Positions 6,035 through 11,098 of a DNA stretch of 11,098 bases are shown here, in pieces. The first letter of the stretch is position 1; every line of letters begins with the position of its first letter. Made by a program: the position numbers and the translations under genes. This DNA is from a virus. The stretch lies in the UHGV virus genome UHGV-0277743; one strand, written 5' to 3'. The notes under the pieces were generated by a model that worked only from the letters and a program-made list of their open reading frames with translations, had not been told where the DNA came from and did no database searches.

Positions 6035-8386
6035 TTAAAAAACATCATAACCCCCCATACCGATCAGACGGGCAAACGCAGCCTGTAGAACTCCGACCTC
6101 TGGTAGTTCGTAGAACACGCCATTCCCTCGGTCTGGTCTTCCATGCTTCACCAGCCCCATTTGTGCAAGTGATTTACCCAGTAGTGATCTGGCAGCTGGT
6201 TCTTTAAGCTTTTCCCCACGCTCAAGCGACCACGCTACAAACCGACTAACCATATCCTTTGCAAACAAACGGACTTCGCCATTAAACGGAGGTTCATTGA
6301 TTAGCTCGCCATAAAGAAACAATTCAACGCCAGACAGCCCCAGCAAGATTTCTTCACGTAAGGCATCGGTCTGTGGCGCTCGTTGAGGGTCAAAACCTGA
6401 GAGATCCACCCCTTTAAGATGCCAAAGCAACTTTGCGGCACCGCCATCATTAAGCCAACTGTACAGCCGATCAAAATACTCCCGGCTCTGTGCTTTTTCA
6501 GGAGATGGCTCAAGCACGAGATAGCGACGCTCTCTTATCCCTGCCTGTAATACCTGTGTGCTGTTACTGGCAAATATCAACCGGGCAAAATTCGGCATTG
6601 GTTCAGCATCAATTCCCTTGCGCTCAAGGTTAAACGTCGGTTCGCTAATAATCGCTTTAAGTCTGTCAGCTTCAGACGGCTTGTGGATCGTCACTTCGTC
6701 AGCAAATACCAGTAGCTTGTTAGCAAGTATTGAATTGAAGCGCCCTGAAATATGTCCCGCCCCGTTAATGTGGGCGGCGTACTGCCCCAGTATTTGCAGC
6801 AGCGGTTTAACCGTTGTGCCTTTCCCTGTGCCCGGGACAGATTTCATCACGATTGCCACGGACGGTTTTTCATCAGGCTTTTGGATAATGTGCGCCATCC
6901 ACTGGATAAGATATTGGTATGCCTCTTCATTACCGGCACAGACAACCTGCAACAGGTGATTAAGGTATACCGTGCAATCTCCTTCAATTGGTTCCAGTGC
7001 CAGCCCCTCATACAGATTAAAAACATCGTCAGGGCATTTGTCTGGTACTGGATAAAATCCTACGCCTCCTGGCTTGTAGTTCTTCCCACTCCATGACAGC
7101 CACGCCGATCCCGCCAGCTTTCTGGCGACTCTCGGTTTATGATGAAAATAATGCTGAAATTGTGATAAATCCTCGAAAACGTGCGATACACCGCCGGTTT
7201 GAGAAGGCTTTAGCGACACCACCTTGTGTTTCCCGCCGATGGTGACATGCGTAAACGTCCGGTTGATTTCTTCGAGGACAGCAATTTCATCATCGCTTAA
7301 CACCTCGCCAGAACTGATCTCATTCAGCGCCCCGACTGACTGTTTGTGATTTTTCACCTGCGCCCCTTTCCCCCGTGGCTGGTACATCGAATCTTTAAAT
7401 GCTGCTGTGGCTGCCGCCAGCCCGTGTTGTTGGTGATAGTCGTTCCAGTCGGCTTTATAGTCAGTCGGTGGCAGAGACACCCAGCCAGCTACGGAAATAG
7501 CGGCCCTCTCTGCGGCATCTTTCCCCGTGTTGATCCCTCCACTTTCGGAGTTTCCTTGCTGGTGATCGTTATCTGCGGCAATGATGATTTGTGCCTGTGG
7601 ATATGTTCTGCGCATGACTTCCGCTACTGGCAACAGGTTGCCAGCGTCGATTGCTGCCACTGTCATTGCGTCAGGGCGAATTAAATGGCACGACAGGGCG
7701 GTAGCCACCCCCTCAGCAATTATGATGCTGTGAGGTCGTTTCTGTGCGTTTATGGCGTGATATGCCCCTCGCTTTGCTGAACCTGTCAGGAGTCTTTTTT
7801 CACCATGTGAGGTAATAGTCTGTGCTGCTGTGACTGCGCCGGATTTATCCACCAGCGCCAGCAACAGAGATCCATCGGGCAACACAGGGAATGTAAAATC
7901 ACCTACCCCTTTCGCAACCAGATAATCAGATTTGCCGTTTACAGCCTTTCTGCGCATGTCATCAAACTGACGGGAAAACGTATCCCGTCTTTGTTGTTCG
8001 TCCTTCTCTGCCCTTTTCAGGCGCTCCTGTTCGCGTCGCTGGCGCTCGGTTTCCAGTTGTTCCCGTTTCTGGCTGGTGGCTTCTGGTGTTTCCGTTGTCC
8101 GGTAATCAATACCCAGAACATCAGCGGCAAGCAGCGCCGCCTCTGTTGTGTCGCAGTTATTTACGCGTTTAATTAAATCCAGCCCATCACCAGCGCCGCA
8201 CTGATTACAGATGAAGCTACCGCGCCCGTTGTCATCGAACCGGAATCGATCTTTGCCCCCACATGCAGGGCAGGGAGCATGACGGCGCGGAGAGTCAGGG
8301 ACATTTATGTTCAGGCAGCCCAGCACATGAGGCCAGTTGTTTTCAGACGCACTGATAACCTGACGGATAAGATCAATGTTTCGCAT
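6035..8386 (-). CDS. bifunctional DNA primase-helicase, P4 alpha-like
   Basis: 783 aa from the ATG at 8384-8386 (the track starts one codon earlier at a GTG). N-terminal zinc ribbon CPACGGKD..CNQCGAGDG; Toprim motifs IIIAEGVATALS and IIIAADND; Walker A VPGTGKGT and Walker B LLVFADEV. GGGG SD 7 nt upstream. Resemblance to P4 alpha in length and domain order is from memory. Confidence 0.9.
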   Translation of the reverse strand: MRNIDLIRQVISASENNWPHVLGCLNINVPDSPRRHAPCPACGGKDRFRFDDNGRGSFICNQCGAGDGLDLIKRVNNCDTTEAALLAADVLGIDYRTTETPEATSQKREQLETERQRREQERLKRAEKDEQQRRDTFSRQFDDMRRKAVNGKSDYLVAKGVGDFTFPVLPDGSLLLALVDKSGAVTAAQTITSHGEKRLLTGSAKRGAYHAINAQKRPHSIIIAEGVATALSCHLIRPDAMTVAAIDAGNLLPVAEVMRRTYPQAQIIIAADNDHQQGNSESGGINTGKDAAERAAISVAGWVSLPPTDYKADWNDYHQQHGLAAATAAFKDSMYQPRGKGAQVKNHKQSVGALNEISSGEVLSDDEIAVLEEINRTFTHVTIGGKHKVVSLKPSQTGGVSHVFEDLSQFQHYFHHKPRVARKLAGSAWLSWSGKNYKPGGVGFYPVPDKCPDDVFNLYEGLALEPIEGDCTVYLNHLLQVVCAGNEEAYQYLIQWMAHIIQKPDEKPSVAIVMKSVPGTGKGTTVKPLLQILGQYAAHINGAGHISGRFNSILANKLLVFADEVTIHKPSEADRLKAIISEPTFNLERKGIDAEPMPNFARLIFASNSTQVLQAGIRERRYLVLEPSPEKAQSREYFDRLYSWLNDGGAAKLLWHLKGVDLSGFDPQRAPQTDALREEILLGLSGVELFLYGELINEPPFNGEVRLFAKDMVSRFVAWSLERGEKLKEPAARSLLGKSLAQMGLVKHGRPDRGNGVFYELPEVGVLQAAFARLIGMGGYDVF

Positions 8387-8744
8387 CACCGTACCCCACG
8401 TGGTCTATAGCGTTTGCGATATGGCTAACCAGCATCTGCCACTTGGTTATTCCGTAATCAGTCAGCATGCCATCATTGTTTAGCCACATATCAAATTCAG
8501 CGGTTGTCGCAAGTTTCCACTTATCGCCGTGGACAGTCCTCATTGCTGGGTACATGAATGCGCAAATCAGATCACAAACATCTGACGGCTTCAGAGATGT
8601 AGTAATGGTGCGTCCCTCTGGCGTCTGAATTGCCATTTTCTCTTCACCAGTAGAATGAAGGTTATGAATCCACACAGCACCAGCAATCTTTGCCACCTGC
8701 TCTCCGATTGCGGAGCTAAGCGCCATTTCTGCATTTTCACGCAT
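8373..8744 (-). CDS. hypothetical protein (123 aa), early operon
   Basis: ATG at 8742-8744 overlaps the upstream stop; its own stop overlaps the alpha start by 14 nt. No motif recognised. Confidence 0.6.
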   Translation of the reverse strand: MRENAEMALSSAIGEQVAKIAGAVWIHNLHSTGEEKMAIQTPEGRTITTSLKPSDVCDLICAFMYPAMRTVHGDKWKLATTAEFDMWLNNDGMLTDYGITKWQMLVSHIANAIDHVGYGDAKH

Positions 8745-9078
8745 GAGAACCTCCCGCTACAGTTGCGCCCATGTCATTAACCATGCTTTGCCATATCTCA
8801 CGCCCGACGTCAGTCAATCCGTCCTTAGTGACGCAACGCTCAAGAAGCTCGATCCCCACGGTTTCCCACTGCGGGTAGAACACTTTCATGGCTGCCAGTG
8901 TGTAGCTATCGATCAGGCTGCGAACGCCTTTTACTCCATTGACGATTTCCACACGTACGGCCTCGCCGTCCGCATCAACCATGAAATAGTCCCCGCCGCT
9001 GGTGGAGGTAATGTGGTTATACAGTGCCGACGCATACTTATTTGCCAGCGCATTCAGTCGGAAATTTTTAGTAATCAT
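8737..9078 (-). CDS. hypothetical protein (113 aa), early operon
   Basis: ATG at 9076-9078 preceded by AGGATGGAG, 10 nt after the upstream stop. No motif recognised. Confidence 0.6.
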   Translation of the reverse strand: MITKNFRLNALANKYASALYNHITSTSGGDYFMVDADGEAVRVEIVNGVKGVRSLIDSYTLAAMKVFYPQWETVGIELLERCVTKDGLTDVGREIWQSMVNDMGATVAGGSHA

Positions 9079-9088
9079 GGCTCCATCC

Positions 9089-9691
9089 TCAGTGCGTCAC
9101 TGGTTCCGCTGGCATGCCGTTTTCATTCAGTTCAGCTATAAAGCTGTTGTGAAGTTCAGCAAGCGTTTCACGCCCAAATGGAGTCAGTGCTCCTTGTTCC
9201 ACATCCATCATGGCTCTGTAGAAAATAATGGCGCGTTCTGTGCCAGACTCGATGCCAAAACGTTCTATCATCGCGCCCTCAATGTTGTTTGCCATAGCGA
9301 GGCGCTCTGCTACTGGATACAGCGGCATGGCGACGATGCCGTTGGAATAAACAGCCACTTCGGAAGGATTGCCAGTATCATCAATGATGCTGACAGTGCC
9401 GTTTTCCTCTCTCATTTCCAGCATGAATACTGTTGCGATCAGCCATCTCCACATAATGACGTTATGCTGTGATGTGTAATCGAAATATCCCTGGTTGCCG
9501 CCATCGGCAATAGCGAGATGTATTGACATACCTTCATCTGGTTTATCGTCATAATCCCCGGCATCCAGACGATTTACGGCATCAATATATGAGACGGCCT
9601 CAACGCGTTCTGTCATGCCATCGTTGCTGCGGTACATGATGTTTACGCCGTCAGGCGTTGCTTCTGCATGGAAAGTTAAGAAGTTATTCAT
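9089..9691 (-). CDS. hypothetical protein (about 200 aa), early operon
   Basis: Track ORF 9089..9796 trimmed to the in-frame ATG at 9689-9691 (MNNFLTFHAEATPDG...), 2 nt after the stop of the preceding 73-aa gene. The discarded N-terminal extension is Cys/Trp/His-rich and overlaps that gene. The start is uncertain; 9724 is an alternative. Confidence 0.5.
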   Translation of the reverse strand: MNNFLTFHAEATPDGVNIMYRSNDGMTERVEAVSYIDAVNRLDAGDYDDKPDEGMSIHLAIADGGNQGYFDYTSQHNVIMWRWLIATVFMLEMREENGTVSIIDDTGNPSEVAVYSNGIVAMPLYPVAERLAMANNIEGAMIERFGIESGTERAIIFYRAMMDVEQGALTPFGRETLAELHNSFIAELNENGMPAEPVTH

Positions 9692-9905
9692 GTTTCGCCT
9701 CGCCTGAATGATTCTGTAACTCATATTTGCCCAACAATTCGTCCGCTTCCTGAATAGCTTCTGGTACGCCATTGAGCAGTGACATAACCGCGCCAATCAT
9801 TAACTTGTCTCTGTTGCTGGGGCTGGCCCCTTCAAGCCAGAACCCTAAAACAGTCTGAACCTGTTCGATGCGACATTGCGCTTCAATGAGCTGGATGTTG
9901 GTCAT
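9684..9905 (-). CDS. hypothetical protein (73 aa), early operon
   Basis: ATG at 9903-9905 overlaps the upstream stop (ATGA), with GGAGAG upstream. Confidence 0.5.
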   Translation of the reverse strand: MTNIQLIEAQCRIEQVQTVLGFWLEGASPSNRDKLMIGAVMSLLNGVPEAIQEADELLGKYELQNHSGEAKHE

Positions 9906-10165
9906 TTCGCACTCTCCACATCGATTAAACCGATATCTATCAGGGAGGTAACTTTTTGTAGCCAGCTATTGATTACTGTCGCCTGTTCCCCGCCCACCGA
10001 GGGAACAATCTCATTCATCACATGAACCAGACCTGTGCGCGCTCTGGTAAGCCGTTCAGTCGCGCAATCTGCGGGAGTGAATGTGTCTGGATATGGCTCT
10101 TCACGCCCCAGCAATGATTCAATTTCCAGCTCACACGGATGACGATAAATTAAGTTGATATTCAT
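9902..10165 (-). CDS. hypothetical protein (87 aa), early operon
   Basis: ATG at 10163-10165 preceded by GGGGGTG with a 4-6 nt spacer; ATGA overlap with the upstream stop. Confidence 0.55.
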   Translation of the reverse strand: MNINLIYRHPCELEIESLLGREEPYPDTFTPADCATERLTRARTGLVHVMNEIVPSVGGEQATVINSWLQKVTSLIDIGLIDVESAK

Positions 10166-10356
10166 TTTTCACCCCCAAGAATTACCAGCTCGGCACGGGC
10201 ATCGTTAACCAAAGATGAGCACGCTTTAATCGCATCCACGACATCAGCAGCGTCCATTTCTTCAGCCGAAAGACTGACAGCAACCAGGACAGCCGCTGCT
10301 TGCTCGATTAATTGAAGTGCGGACGTAAGGCGAGGGGTATTAATTGAGTTATTCAT
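10162..10356 (-). CDS. hypothetical protein (64 aa), early operon
   Basis: Track ORF 10162..10413 trimmed to the ATG at 10354-10356 (MNNSINTPRL...), preceded by GGGGG. Acidic, Ala-rich product. Confidence 0.5.
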   Translation of the reverse strand: MNNSINTPRLTSALQLIEQAAAVLVAVSLSAEEMDAADVVDAIKACSSLVNDARAELVILGGEK

Positions 10357-10567
10357 TGGTTGCCCCCGTTTTGCATGGCATTTGTCCACCTTCCAGCAGG
10401 AAATGAACGTCACGAACGGCGAGATCCAATATCGCGAGTAACGCCTTCAGCCTTTCGTCTCGTGAGGGAGAGTTGCTCACCAGAATGTCGTTAATCACTT
10501 CTGTCAGTGTGATGATCTGGCTTGTGCGTTCGAGGGGATCCATATGCACATCGTAGGTTTTAATCAT
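10349..10567 (-). CDS. hypothetical protein (72 aa), early operon
   Basis: ATG at 10565-10567 preceded by GGAGGTGGCAC, a strong SD. This is the 3' part of track ORF 10349..11095, whose upstream portion I do not accept as coding. Confidence 0.55.
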   Translation of the reverse strand: MIKTYDVHMDPLERTSQIITLTEVINDILVSNSPSRDERLKALLAILDLAVRDVHFLLEGGQMPCKTGATNE

Positions 10568-10754
10568 GTGCCACCTCCATGCGGATACGACCAGCAAAAA
10601 AGCAGACGTGATCGCGCACCAGAGAACGGCGAGCATCGCGTTCAGACTCGGCAGCAATATGATGAATTTTGGCGGTAATTGTCGGGCAATCGCGGCGAAC
10701 TGCGGCGATAATCCAGATAAATTGCGGTTTTTGGGTAGGGGTAGTAGCCAGCAT
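10560..10754 (-). CDS. hypothetical protein (64 aa), first gene of the early operon
   Basis: ATG at 10752-10754 preceded by GAGG with a 7-nt spacer. Its stop overlaps the next start (ATGATTAA). Competes with the long alternative-frame ORF 10349..11095, so confidence is modest. Confidence 0.45.
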   Translation of the reverse strand: MLATTPTQKPQFIWIIAAVRRDCPTITAKIHHIAAESERDARRSLVRDHVCFFAGRIRMEVAHD

Positions 10755-10913
10755 GTGGCAGCCTCTGATTCATGGTTTTGAGAACCACCACCGGAAACGC
10801 CAATTTCGCTGGTGGTGAACTGTACAGGGTTGGCGTAACCGGGAATCAGAGAAACCGGCGCGGATTGCTCCGCCCCCATACAGTCCACCATTGAACAGGT
10901 GTAACTGCGCGGC

Positions 10914-10939
10914 ACAAAAAAACACGCATGGCGCGTGTT
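10914..10939 (-). terminator. intrinsic terminator in the leader upstream of the early operon (candidate attenuator)
   Basis: Minus-strand RNA reads AACACGC-gccau-GCGUGUU followed by UUUUUGU, and the stem can extend with GCACAA/UUGUGC. Lies about 160 nt upstream of the first early gene. Confidence 0.45.
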
Positions 10940-11000
10940 GTGCGCTCTGATAATTACCGGGACGCCAATCCCGACACCAGATTTTGCTGGTGCGCTATAA

Positions 11001-11043
11001 CCATAAACCGTGTTGCCGCATAACGGCAAGCTCTTTTTTATGG
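11001..11043. other. stem-loop element in the leader (CCATAAA...TTTATGG with an inner GC hairpin)
   Basis: Outer inverted repeat CCATAAA (11001-11007) / TTTATGG (11037-11043) encloses the hairpin TTGCCG-cataa-CGGCAA. On the plus strand the hairpin is followed by a T-run, so it could also be a plus-strand terminator. Function unknown; the window ends 55 nt further on. Confidence 0.3.
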
Positions 11044-11098
11044 ACTCCGAAAACTCACTATTGGAAGCACCAGATGCACAATACATCGCGCTCATTTC

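Noticed and set aside
6558-8176. Plus-strand ORFs 6558..6959, 6752..7096, 7346..7684, 7991..8176 and minus-strand ORF 6301..6513
   Set aside because: All lie inside the 783-aa primase-helicase gene, antisense or in an alternative frame, and the primase-helicase reading frame carries strong conserved motifs.
9692-9796. N-terminal extension of ORF 9089..9796
   Set aside because: The extension is Cys/His/Trp-rich, overlaps the translationally coupled 73-aa gene, and an in-frame ATG at 9691 sits just after that gene's stop.
10349-11095. Track ORF of 248 aa spanning the leader region
   Set aside because: Only the last 72 codons, from the ATG at 10567 with a GGAGG SD, look like a gene. The upstream part translates to a low-complexity Ser/Cys/Pro/Leu-rich sequence, contains terminator-like hairpins, and is overlapped by a better-supported 64-aa gene in another frame.
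1-11098. P4 capsid-hijacking genes (psu, sid, delta/ogr-type zinc finger) in the window
   Set aside because: No product resembles Psu as I remember it and none has an Ogr/Delta-type CxxC...CxxC zinc finger. If present they lie outside the window, so I describe the element as P4-like on the basis of integrase, AlpA and the alpha-like primase only.

Overview
The window reads as the backbone of a P4-like satellite prophage or related integrative element, with every supported gene on the minus strand. From high to low coordinates: a structured leader (10755-11098); eight tightly coupled small genes (10754-8373); a 783-aa zinc-ribbon/Toprim/P-loop primase-helicase resembling P4 alpha (8386-6035); an iteron cluster directly downstream of it (5903-6005); an overlapping two-gene cassette of unknown function (5858-4901); a 540-bp non-coding region with a second iteron cluster, nested inverted repeats, a duplicated palindromic operator-like module and an intrinsic terminator (4900-4361); a P4-family tyrosine integrase (4360-3101); a markedly AT-rich 321-aa orphan gene with its own RBS and terminator (3005-2040); an AlpA-family regulator (1925-1722); a 143-aa unknown; and an antirepressor-family protein (1278-445). 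I found no rRNA, tRNA, CRISPR array or transposase. The best candidates for an undescribed function are the AT-rich orphan gene in the integrase-alpA slot and the two-gene cassette bracketed by iterons. All functional calls rest on motifs I can read in the translations and on remembered family features; no database search was run.
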